Positions 38,018 through 46,567 of a stretch of 64,000 nt of DNA are shown here, in pieces. The stretch comes from a virus (lineage: Duplodnaviria; Heunggongvirae; Uroviricota; Caudoviricetes). Position 1 is the stretch's first letter. Each line of letters starts with the position of its first letter. The DNA lies in the IMG/VR virus record IMGVR_UViG_2974588491_000001, positions 314,380 to 378,379 of that record, one strand, 5' to 3'. A program made the position numbers and the translations under genes. The notes below the pieces were generated by a model. It did no database searches. It saw only the letters and a list, made by a program, of their open reading frames with translations, and was not told the DNA's origin.

Positions 38018-38721
38018 TATACTTCTCCGCTTAATTCATGTGTATATATTTTTGCAATTGTCGCATTATCTAATAGATAATCATACATCCTGTGTCCAGC
38101 AATTCCCCCAGCTAACGGTGTAGCGGTTGGGTTACTTGGATAGTACCCTAAACCAACACTACGTGCTGTTGTTGTACCAGTACCGTAACCAGTAAATGTA
38201 GGACTTACTGACTGAGTTTTTATCAATACTCCATCAGCATAAAAACGTAAAGTATTAGTACTCCTATCATAAGAATATACAGCATGTACCCATGTATTAA
38301 CAGGCATTGAGTACTGACCAAAATAAGAATTAGTAGTACTCGCAGTATTCACACAATAAAAATTCCGTACTAACGATGGAGAACCACCAGTATTGTAACT
38401 GAACCCAATATTACCAGATGCATTTATGTATGCCTTTGCAGCAGTACTAGTAGTGTATACCCAATTCATTGCAGTCCATGATGAATTTGCATAAACTATT
38501 TCATCATAGTATAATCTCTGTGCTCCATTACATACAAGAGCTTGTTTACCACCAACTGTACCTATTGTACCAGATGTATAAGTGAAGTTCGCTTGTGTAA
38601 ATTTAGGATTTGTGGTATCACCATGATTAGCAATATCAGCACGTAAGGGTAAGTACACCAATGGTGCTGGAAGAATATTTGCAGCATTTCCATATTCTAA
38701 CATTCTTGAAAAAGGTAACAT
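38017..38721 (-). CDS. MLPF-family protein (MLPFSRMLEYGN...), ConA/LamG-like
   Basis: NTWVHAVYSYDRSTNTLRFYADGVLIK motif. Confidence 0.75.
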   Translation of the reverse strand: MLPFSRMLEYGNAANILPAPLVYLPLRADIANHGDTTNPKFTQANFTYTSGTIGTVGGKQALVCNGAQRLYYDEIVYANSSWTAMNWVYTTSTAAKAYINASGNIGFSYNTGGSPSLVRNFYCVNTASTTNSYFGQYSMPVNTWVHAVYSYDRSTNTLRFYADGVLIKTQSVSPTFTGYGTGTTTARSVGLGYYPSNPTATPLAGGIAGHRMYDYLLDNATIAKIYTHELSGEV

Positions 38722-38730
38722 AATATCTCC

Positions 38731-39573
38731 CTATTTGATTTTGTAAAATTTAGTTCCGTTTACTGTCCAACCTGTATCATATGAACATGCTATAGCAACT
38801 TCATTTCCACCAGCAGGAGCAGTATTGTTAATTTTTGTCCATACATTAGTGTTTATACTGTACTGCCATAAACCCGCCGTTGGCCCAACTGCATAAATGT
38901 AATTACCCATTCTACTTATTTTATTACGTGTTCCAATTCCTGCACATGATGCAAGGGTTTGCCATGTATTACTTTCTATATGATAACGTGCAAATGAAGT
39001 ACTGTACATCATATACAAATAACCAGAACTATAAATTAAACCTACCTCATCACCATTACTGCTACCAAAAGGTAAAGTTGCTAAACCTGTGGTACTCCAT
39101 GTATTTTGTAACACACTATATCTCCACATAGCTGAACCTTTAACTGCATAAACATAATCACTATTATCATAGTTCATCGCAATACTTAAATCATACGTGC
39201 TTTGTGGTAGTACTGCCATCTGACTCCAAGTATTCAAGATTGTATCATATCTGTCAAATCTGTTCGTACTACTATATCCACCAGCACAATAGATATATCT
39301 GCTATCAGCACATATTCCAATGTTTCTAACATTTATTGGTCTTGTTGTAAGTAAGGTGACTGCACCTGAAACTGGATTCAGTTTATATATTTGGCTTGTC
39401 TGGTTAATGAAATATATATTGTCTCTGTATGTACAAGATCTTGACCCATATGTTCCAAAGGTTGAAACGGTGGTATATTCTTGTACTGTTCCTGATAATT
39501 TATTTGGGTTTGAATCATCATAATTAAACACTACTGTATTTCCGTACTCATTGATTATAGAAAAAGGTAACAT
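38731..39573 (-). CDS. MLPF-family protein (MLPFSIINEYGN...), beta-propeller-like
   Basis: repeated IYxxGG blades. Confidence 0.75.
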   Translation of the reverse strand: MLPFSIINEYGNTVVFNYDDSNPNKLSGTVQEYTTVSTFGTYGSRSCTYRDNIYFINQTSQIYKLNPVSGAVTLLTTRPINVRNIGICADSRYIYCAGGYSSTNRFDRYDTILNTWSQMAVLPQSTYDLSIAMNYDNSDYVYAVKGSAMWRYSVLQNTWSTTGLATLPFGSSNGDEVGLIYSSGYLYMMYSTSFARYHIESNTWQTLASCAGIGTRNKISRMGNYIYAVGPTAGLWQYSINTNVWTKINNTAPAGGNEVAIACSYDTGWTVNGTKFYKIK

Positions 39574-39619
39574 TTCAATCCCTCAAATTTATTAATATTA
39601 TGTATTTACTTACAAAAAC

Positions 39620-39647
39620 AGAAAAAGCCCAACCTAAGTTGAGCTTA
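39620..39647 (-). terminator. intrinsic terminator inside the MLPF array (- strand)
   Basis: agctcaac-tta-ggttgggct followed by a T-run on the - strand. Confidence 0.55.
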
Positions 39648-39650
39648 TAA

Positions 39651-40322
39651 TTAACTTATAATCTTTAATTTTAAATACTTCATGTACCCATAAAAATTAG
39701 TTGCCGTAGGAGTTTTGAAATAACCACCTACACCAAAAGACTGTCCATTAGAACATTCAAATGCAGTATACGTGGACTGATTGGCAATAACACCATTTAC
39801 ATATCTGGTAATAGTTACATTTGAATCAACTTTTCTGTACACAACTCTTTGCCAATCACTTACTAACTGACCATCAACAAAATGTCGAACAAATGTACTA
39901 GCGTTCTGTAGAAAGTACTGATCATTTCCTGCGTACTGTAATATCTGATGAGCAAATCCAGGTATGTTATTCGTTACATCTGGATAATATCCTGTACCAT
40001 AAAGTAATTGAATTGCGTTAACCGCAGAGTTTCTTTTGTACATAACATCGAACTCATAATTCTTCCCGTTCAATGAGATAGATGCATCTAGCGGGGTACT
40101 GAAAACTGCACCATTGAAATACATAACATTTGCATTCAACATATTATCCAGTACGATTTTACCCTCCAAAGAATTTAACTTAGTGAAAAGTCTATTCTTA
40201 TAACTATAATCAATTATATTAGTATCACCCAATGCTTGTCGAGAAAAATCTAAATTTATTTCATACTCATTGGAAACTACTTTTTTATTACCGTACTGTA
40301 ATAATCTTGGAAATGGTAACAT
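39651..40322 (-). CDS. MLPF-family protein (MLPFPRLLQYGN...), jelly-roll-like
   Basis: conserved N-terminus. Confidence 0.75.
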   Translation of the reverse strand: MLPFPRLLQYGNKKVVSNEYEINLDFSRQALGDTNIIDYSYKNRLFTKLNSLEGKIVLDNMLNANVMYFNGAVFSTPLDASISLNGKNYEFDVMYKRNSAVNAIQLLYGTGYYPDVTNNIPGFAHQILQYAGNDQYFLQNASTFVRHFVDGQLVSDWQRVVYRKVDSNVTITRYVNGVIANQSTYTAFECSNGQSFGVGGYFKTPTATNFYGYMKYLKLKIIS

Positions 40323-41085
40323 ATAAATTCCCCTCTATATCTTTTAATATCCTGTATTTACCATTGTTATAACTATATAAATATCTACTATCCGCACATA
40401 ACATAGAATTGTTTAATTCAGATGTTCCTAATGATGCAGTACTCCATGTGTCACTTAACATATCATATATGTACAGATTACTATTACCTATACCATATAA
40501 CTTGTAATTGTTATACGCCGTGCCAGTACTATAACTCAACTTCAACGGAGGAAATGTAAGTTCTTCCCAGGTCCACGTACTTATATCTATCCGATACATA
40601 CCATTGTATAAATCAGCAGCCCATATGTAAAAGTAATTAGTCTCACCAATATTAACAAAATATATCATCGCTTGTGATAATTTTCCTGGAGAATTCGTAG
40701 TAACAATAACATCCCATGTGTCAGATTCAATACTATATCTATACAACTTATCACTTACCTGTGTGCCATTACTATCCTTTACACCACCGTACAAGTATAT
40801 GTGAGAATTATAATACGTACTCGTTGTACCATATAAAACTTCAGGCATAGATGATAATTGATGCATGGTATTATCTATAGTACTGTACCTGTACAAATTA
40901 TTAGTTACCTGTGTACCATTCCATCCACCACATATGTATATGTCTGACTGTACTGAACATACCATATGACCATATAATTGTGTGCCACCTAGTGTAATTC
41001 CTTGCGGTTCTACAACTTCCATATCTCCATCAATAATACCAGGTGCTGAATTTCCATAAGCACTTACTATACTAAACGGTAACAT
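40288..41085 (-). CDS. MLPF-family protein (MLPFSIVSAYGN...), beta-propeller-like
   Basis: IYICGG / IYLYGG repeats; 35-nt overlap with the downstream gene. Confidence 0.7.
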   Translation of the reverse strand: MLPFSIVSAYGNSAPGIIDGDMEVVEPQGITLGGTQLYGHMVCSVQSDIYICGGWNGTQVTNNLYRYSTIDNTMHQLSSMPEVLYGTTSTYYNSHIYLYGGVKDSNGTQVSDKLYRYSIESDTWDVIVTTNSPGKLSQAMIYFVNIGETNYFYIWAADLYNGMYRIDISTWTWEELTFPPLKLSYSTGTAYNNYKLYGIGNSNLYIYDMLSDTWSTASLGTSELNNSMLCADSRYLYSYNNGKYRILKDIEGNLYVTISKIITVR

Positions 41086-41151
41086 TTTAAATCTCCTATT
41101 GATTATTTGTTAATGTATTAGGGAATGAACGATCATCTCCATAAATTATTC

Positions 41152-41184
41152 TTACAGCACCACCAATTGCGGAAAAGGTAACAT
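41152..41184 (-). pseudogene. 10-codon remnant of an MLPF-family gene (MLPFPQLVVL*)
   Basis: AAGGAGAT RBS, ATG and 10 codons of the family N-terminus, then TAA. Confidence 0.45.
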
Positions 41185-42214
41185 ACTTTTATCTCCTTCT
41201 TATTTTTTTATACGTCTCTATTATACTATGATAGAAACTAATATAGGTATTTACCCACTTTATCATTCCTAGACACTCCTTAGAACACATGCTATAATCC
41301 CCCTAGAAGCTCGTAGAACGCTCTACAACGCACGTGTTTGATTCCTGTAGTATCGCTATTGCGATATCGAAAGGATTCAAACTAGCTAAAATAGCGTTCA
41401 CGATATTCTATGTATTAATATACAGTACTGTAATAATACACAATATGGATAAGTTATCAGTACTATATGTTTGTACAGGAAAAGATAGGTTCTATCTTAT
41501 AGTACTATAGAAGTACAGTTCAGTACTGTTGACCCCTTCCGCTATATCCGTTCCTGAAGTCGAATGCGAATAGCACAAAAAGTACAGCAACCTTTTTTCA
41601 AAAATGATAACATGAGGTTGGGAAAAATCTGGAGTGATCGTGAAATCAAATACGAATCAAGGAAATTTTGGAGTACCCTTCAGACTTTTTCTGAGATCTC
41701 GAAAGTACACCAAAGTAAAGACGCATCGTAGAAATTACGTTCAATACTATAATACAAATACAAAGTACTGAAAATTTATACAGTACTGTTATTATGCACA
41801 GTGCAATATAAATTTTAAAATCAGATGAAAAAAGTACTTGACGAGGGATGATGGAATTGATACTATAGCTACAAGTTAAGGAGACAGGCAACGGTCAAGC
41901 CTCTCAGCCACGTAGCCTGGAACCTTAACAGTACTGCAATGATGGTTGCCCCCTGATTTGCAGTCCTCTTACCAGAGGTGTTCTCTTCATTGCTTAGGAA
42001 ACATTAAGTACTAAGCGTGTTAAAAATTTGAAGTACTTTATAGTACTATGCAGTGTACATTCTACTAAGTCATCCTGCCAATAACTTTTGAATGTATAGT
42101 GCTAGTACTATATCTTTTTAAGTGAGAATATTAGTACTGTATAAGTACTGATGAATTACCAAAGTACAGATACAATGAGGGTATATGTTGTCTGAATTTT
42201 GGGTGTACTATCCC

Positions 42215-42360
42215 TATCTGCTATCTTCAGATGGATAGACTTCTGGCGGTGTAGATGGCTGGATGTTTAAACGTCTAGACTGCTATCCTTCTGGATGGCT
42301 AAAAGGCTAGATGGCTATCCGTATAGATGGATAGACGTTTAGACGGCTAAATGATTTTTT
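42215..42360. repeat. iteron-like cluster (AGATGG(A/C)TA(G/T)AC and inverted variants, at least 6 copies)
   Basis: e.g. agatggatagac x2, agatggctgga, ctagatggctatcc in the 2.2-kb non-coding region. Confidence 0.55.
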
Positions 42361-42530
42361 CTGTCAAAATTCCATTAGCTCCCCTTCCGCGACTGGATAG
42401 AACCAGGCAGAATCGAAAGTCGTCTTTTCGTGTTGACAGGGATATAATACCACACTGAAAAACAATTGCAAGGGATTTTTTGCAGAAAAATAAATTTGAC
42501 AAGTGAACCAGGATTATAGTACTATATAAG

Positions 42531-42643
42531 CAAGCCAGAGAAATGGCCTAGCCCACAGGGTGCGGAGATCCGTCTATTGCTTTTTATTTGAATTTTGGAC
42601 ACAATTCCGCACCCTGTGGGTCAAGGAGTTTCGCCTCCATGTA
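42531..42643 (+). repeat. inverted-repeat element copy A (CCCACAGGGTGCGGAG...CTCCGCACCCTGTGGG), ends AAGGAG-N8-ATGTAA start-stop
   Basis: 16-bp arms with ~38-bp spacer. Confidence 0.6.
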
Positions 42644-43254
42644 AAGTATTATGCCAGTACTGCGAACATAATGCAAGGACTTTTTACGATTTTCTTTAAA
42701 AAAGTTTCCCCTTCTATATACGTATAAAGGAAGCGTTTAGAGCGTGTCAGATCCTGGGGCTTACAGTTTTGTACTTTATACTTTATAAAGCCGTGTAAAG
42801 CGTCCTATGCGTTCCTTGTACGTGTATACGTATATAGAGAAGGAAAAGCCTGTTAGAAAGAATCTTATAAAAACTTATATAAAGTACTTGCAAAGGTTTT
42901 TTGGTGTGATAGTATTAATCCCGTCGAACAGGACAACGCTCTTTAAAAACTTGCTGGTGAATACTTAAACATGCCTCCAGGTACTTTGAAAAAAGAATCT
43001 GAGAGAATGAAAAAGTACTTGACAGCAAGAATAGAAAGTGTAGAATGTTCAATATCGAAAGGCGGTAAGGTTCGCCGGATGGTAGGAAGCGGTAGCAGGG
43101 CGATAAAGTACTGCTACAGTGATAAGCCGGAAGTGCTATCACAGCGTTATAAAGGTTAACATAACTGTTAACGTCCTATCTACTGCCTTTTGATTCTTTC
43201 AGTACGGTAAAAGGTACGAAAGAATAAAGATTCAGAAAGTTATCAAAAAGTACT

Positions 43255-43282
43255 TGACGGACTGAATCGCACGATGTAAGAT
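43255..43282 (+). promoter_or_regulatory. promoter (TTGACG-16-TAAGAT) for 43344..44021
   Basis: hexamers plus upstream AAAAGTACT. Confidence 0.5.
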
Positions 43283-43343
43283 GTTAAGTAAGCCGAGTGG
43301 CTAACCCAAAATTCAAAATTTAACTTTTAAGAAGGTATATATC

Positions 43344-44021
43344 ATGACTACTACTAACAACGCTAAAGCTACCAAAGTTACCCTGAACTCTATCGTTTTC
43401 GCTCCGGCTCCGGTACTGCGTGAACTGAAAGAAGGTGAAAACTACACCAAAACCGAACTGAAAGCCCACGAAAAAGAAATGGGCGAATATCTCCGCACCA
43501 CGTCGCACGATTTGGCGATGTACCTGGTAAACAAAACCGACAATACTGATACCATTGTCAAACTGTTTGCCGCTACCGCCGAAGCGATCCCTACAGTACT
43601 GGCCGAAGTACTGAAACAGCGTGAAGAAGAAGAAGCCGCTAAACAGGCTGAACGCGAAAAAGCGGAAGAAGAAAAACGTCGCCTCGCTGAACAGGAAGAA
43701 AAAGAACTGCAAGCGAAGAAAGATGAAATGCTTAAACACATGACCGATGTTCTGGGGCTGGATCTGGATGTTGCGAAAGCTGCGGTTGAAACGGTGGCGA
43801 AAAAGCTGAACGTTGGCAACCATACTAAAAACTCTTATGAGCGTGTAACCTGCACCATTGAAGGCAATCAGTACGATGTTCCGGTGCGTGGTAATATGTC
43901 TCAGGCACTGAAAGATCTGGCGGCGAAATATGGTTTCGCTGATGACCGCGATGGATTCATCGAAAAATTCCGCGATGAACCTGCAACTGCTGATGCTGAC
44001 AAAGATACCGCCGAAGCGTAA
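43344..44021 (+). CDS. abundant-type protein of unknown function (host-optimal codons, central charged coiled coil)
   Basis: AAGG RBS; codon usage CTG/CGT/GGT/AAA/GAA; EEEAAKQAEREKAEEEKRRLAEQEEKEL segment. Confidence 0.75.
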   Translation: MTTTNNAKATKVTLNSIVFAPAPVLRELKEGENYTKTELKAHEKEMGEYLRTTSHDLAMYLVNKTDNTDTIVKLFAATAEAIPTVLAEVLKQREEEEAAKQAEREKAEEEKRRLAEQEEKELQAKKDEMLKHMTDVLGLDLDVAKAAVETVAKKLNVGNHTKNSYERVTCTIEGNQYDVPVRGNMSQALKDLAAKYGFADDRDGFIEKFRDEPATADADKDTAEA

Positions 44022-44170
44022 TATCAAAAGTAATGCGGCAAGGGGGCTAGAAAGCCCCCTGAGCCTTTCTAACAGTACTGTAATACCTTTCCTCAAAGTA
44101 CTATTAGAAACGCTTAGAATCAATCCTACAGCGTTTTAAGATGTATACTTATTAAGTGAGAATAAACGCT

Positions 44171-44440
44171 ATGGAACTAAAACCACTTTCTGAACTCCGC
44201 GATAAAAAAACCATTGTCGCCAGGACAATGATCCACACTTCCCCACGTCAAAAGGTTTTATCTGGCTATCTGGTTTTTGTGCTGGATGGTAAACTAATAC
44301 AACGTCGGATCTATGATATGGCCTATAATAGTACTTTTATGAGTGCTATGTATATAGTTTACAAAGGCGTTAACTATGCCGTAGATCTTGCATGTAAGAC
44401 GATTAGCGGGGCTTTCAGCGTCGAAACGTTGAAAGTATAA
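44171..44440 (+). CDS. hypothetical protein
   Basis: ATG after TTAAGTGAGA motif, in frame with ORF 44156..44440. Confidence 0.5.
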   Translation: MELKPLSELRDKKTIVARTMIHTSPRQKVLSGYLVFVLDGKLIQRRIYDMAYNSTFMSAMYIVYKGVNYAVDLACKTISGAFSVETLKV

Positions 44441-44449
44441 GCCTACAAT

Positions 44450-44485
44450 CAAAAGCCCTTAGAAACGTTTCTAGGGGCTTTATAT
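44450..44485 (+). terminator. rho-independent terminator
   Basis: agcccttagaaacg/cgtttctaggggct stem followed by a T-rich tail. Confidence 0.55.
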
Positions 44486-44575
44486 TTGATTTTAAAAAGT
44501 ACTAAGAAAGTACTTGCAATTTATTTTTGAATCTGTAGAATACTCGTTATTGAAACACGTAACGAGATTTAAGAA

Positions 44576-44860
44576 ATGCAAGTAACACTGAACGGATTTA
44601 CTTTTACAAAGAATGTTGATGGTACTGATAACATTCAGTCAGTACTTAAAAACAAAGATAATAAAGCATTAGGCGGGATTGTCAAAGATGCTAAGAAGAT
44701 GGCAAACTTACAACGCCTGAAACGTTCGCCTGATGTTCTGGTATTCCTGGCTAAAGTACAGGAAGAAACTGAAAAAGTTTACTTTGAACAAAAGAAACCA
44801 AAACCTTACAATAAGTACAAAAGGAAATTTAATCCTTGCATTCATTCTATAAATGTGTAG
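44576..44860 (+). CDS. hypothetical protein
   Basis: 94-aa ORF after promoter AGTACTTGCAA...TAGAAT. Confidence 0.5.
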   Translation: MQVTLNGFTFTKNVDGTDNIQSVLKNKDNKALGGIVKDAKKMANLQRLKRSPDVLVFLAKVQEETEKVYFEQKKPKPYNKYKRKFNPCIHSINV

Positions 44861-44895
44861 AATGTCTTATATCGAAACGCGACGGAGTAAACAAG

Positions 44896-45285
44896 ATGGA
44901 AAGTAAAGCGAAGTTAGAACAATACAGATTAGTACTTGATGTACTGATTCAAATGAAAGATTGTATTGACAAAGATGATACTTATACTACAGTACTGAAT
45001 AAGTCATTCAATCTTTCTCGCTCCCTGGGTATCTGCTGGCATGTATATGTTCACACTCCACCAGCGGAGATCACTGGTATCGGATCGGACTATCTTGAAC
45101 CTGCATTCATTGCGTTAGGGCTTGATCGTGAATATCCGGTTGAATGCCAGGTTGATACTGATTCGCCGCGAATCCTGCACTTTACACAACGTAACCTTTA
45201 CGATCCTGATAACGAGTGCGGAAAGTTGCGGATCAAGTTGGTTAATGATTTGATTCAGTACTTTGAACAAAAGTTATCGCAGTAA
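44896..45285 (+). CDS. hypothetical protein
   Basis: GGAG RBS then ATG in frame with ORF 44836..45285. Confidence 0.5.
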   Translation: MESKAKLEQYRLVLDVLIQMKDCIDKDDTYTTVLNKSFNLSRSLGICWHVYVHTPPAEITGIGSDYLEPAFIALGLDREYPVECQVDTDSPRILHFTQRNLYDPDNECGKLRIKLVNDLIQYFEQKLSQ

Positions 45286-45300
45286 AAATCTTTACAAAAA

Positions 45301-45339
45301 AGAGGTTGACTTCGGTTGGCCTCTTATAGTACTATATTA
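45301..45339 (+). promoter_or_regulatory. PeSL cassette variant
   Basis: GAGGTTGACTTCGGTTGGCCTC hairpin followed by TATAGTACTATATTA. Confidence 0.5.
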
Positions 45340-45340
45340 A

Positions 45341-45451
45341 TAAGCCAGAACAAAGGCGTGACCCACAGGGTGCGGAGATCCGTTCAGTGAAAAGATAATG
45401 AATTTTAGATATAACTCCGCACCCTGTGGGTTAAGGAATTTCGCTTCCATG
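45341..45451 (+). repeat. inverted-repeat element copy B, ends AAGGAATTTCGCTTCC-ATG
   Basis: arms 45362-45377 and 45415-45430. Confidence 0.6.
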
Positions 45452-45661
45452 AATAATAATATACCACTGCTGGAAAGTACTGTCAAGGAAAAAAACAGGG
45501 GAACTTTCATGTTCCCCCTAAATGCGACAAAGGCATATATCGGACTTTGTGCGAGCTTCGTTGATCGCATGAGTACTATATCACAACGGCCAGGCGAGTG
45601 CAACTATTTGATCTGTGATAAAAATATACTTTCAAACGTGAAAAGTACTTGCAAAGAATGA
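45449..45661 (+). CDS. hypothetical protein starting at the ATG built into the IR element
   Basis: ATG in frame with ORF 45398..45661. Confidence 0.35.
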   Translation: MNNNIPLLESTVKEKNRGTFMFPLNATKAYIGLCASFVDRMSTISQRPGECNYLICDKNILSNVKSTCKE

Positions 45662-45708
45662 TTAAAGGAGTATACTTAACTTATCGAAACGAACAAGAGG
45701 ATTTAAAA

Positions 45709-45981
45709 ATGGCTAGTTACAGTGCGTCAATGATTGTTAAGGATTTAGCAGGAAAGCCGTGTTTAGCTTGCGGTTCCTTTGGTAACATTGCGATAGATGG
45801 TAGATTATCTATTTCCAGGGCGATAGAGATAGCGGAGGAAAGTTTTAAGAAAGAATCCAAATTTCAAAACAGCGAATACTTGGGATTTGTAATTGAGAAA
45901 ACTTCTCGATTCGTTGAATATCGTAATCCGAGTATTATCGGTAATAAAGAAGTAAAAACTTTTAAAGAACTTGAACGATAA
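45709..45981 (+). CDS. hypothetical protein
   Basis: GAGGA RBS then ATG in frame with ORF 45649..45981. Confidence 0.5.
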   Translation: MASYSASMIVKDLAGKPCLACGSFGNIAIDGRLSISRAIEIAEESFKKESKFQNSEYLGFVIEKTSRFVEYRNPSIIGNKEVKTFKELER

Positions 45982-46044
45982 TACTTGCAAAGTGGGTAAT
46001 GGTTTAGTACTATTACCCTATCGAAACGAACTGAGGATTTAAAG

Positions 46045-46491
46045 ATGGGAACTCCAGCATGTATCGCAGTAATGAACGACAATAAAGAAGTTACTTGGAC
46101 TTATGTTAACTATGACGGTTATTTAAACGGCGTAGGTAGAATGTTGATCGAGCATTACAACGATCTGTCAATAGCTAAAAAATTAATTTCAATGGGTGAT
46201 ATTTCAACATTGAAGCGAACGATGGATTGCCCCGTTGGTCACTCATTCGCTACACCTGCACCAAATTGCACAGTATTCTATGAGCGGGATCGTGGTGAAG
46301 ATAATGTAAAACCACGTCACGGCGATTATGCTATGTTCCTGCGTTGTAATAAAGGTACAATTAGTTATATCTACACGGATGGACAATGGCACATAGTACG
46401 GGAAACAAGTAAACGCGGTGCAATTTTAGACCGTCATAAATTGTTAGTACTTGGCGAAGTGTTATCCGGTTTATATGATTTTTCGCGTTAA
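46045..46491 (+). CDS. hypothetical protein
   Basis: 148-aa ORF. Confidence 0.55.
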   Translation: MGTPACIAVMNDNKEVTWTYVNYDGYLNGVGRMLIEHYNDLSIAKKLISMGDISTLKRTMDCPVGHSFATPAPNCTVFYERDRGEDNVKPRHGDYAMFLRCNKGTISYIYTDGQWHIVRETSKRGAILDRHKLLVLGEVLSGLYDFSR

Positions 46492-46509
46492 TTAAATTGT
46501 ATATAGTAC

Positions 46510-46537
46510 TTGCAAAATTCTGCGAGTACTATATAAT
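46510..46537 (+). promoter_or_regulatory. early promoter cassette (AGTACTTGCAA-N-GAGTACTATATAAT)
   Basis: conserved extended promoter family. Confidence 0.55.
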
Positions 46538-46567
46538 TACTTATATCTTAAACGGGAGAACAAAGAA

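Noticed and set aside
42215-42360. Possible CRISPR array
   Set aside because: The repeats are 11-12 bp with irregular spacing and mixed orientation, there is no 25-40-bp repeat-spacer periodicity, and there are no cas genes. They read better as iterons.
41646-43159. Small ORFs 41646..41891(-), 42915..43142(-), 42971..43159(+) in the large intergenic region
   Set aside because: They are AT-rich, have no RBS, and overlap repeat and promoter elements. They are more likely non-coding.
43320-44123. Antisense ORFs 43320..44123 and 43442..43819 opposite 43344..44021
   Set aside because: Same reasoning: the sense gene has a promoter, an RBS and strong codon bias. The antisense translation is low-complexity (F/R/S-rich).
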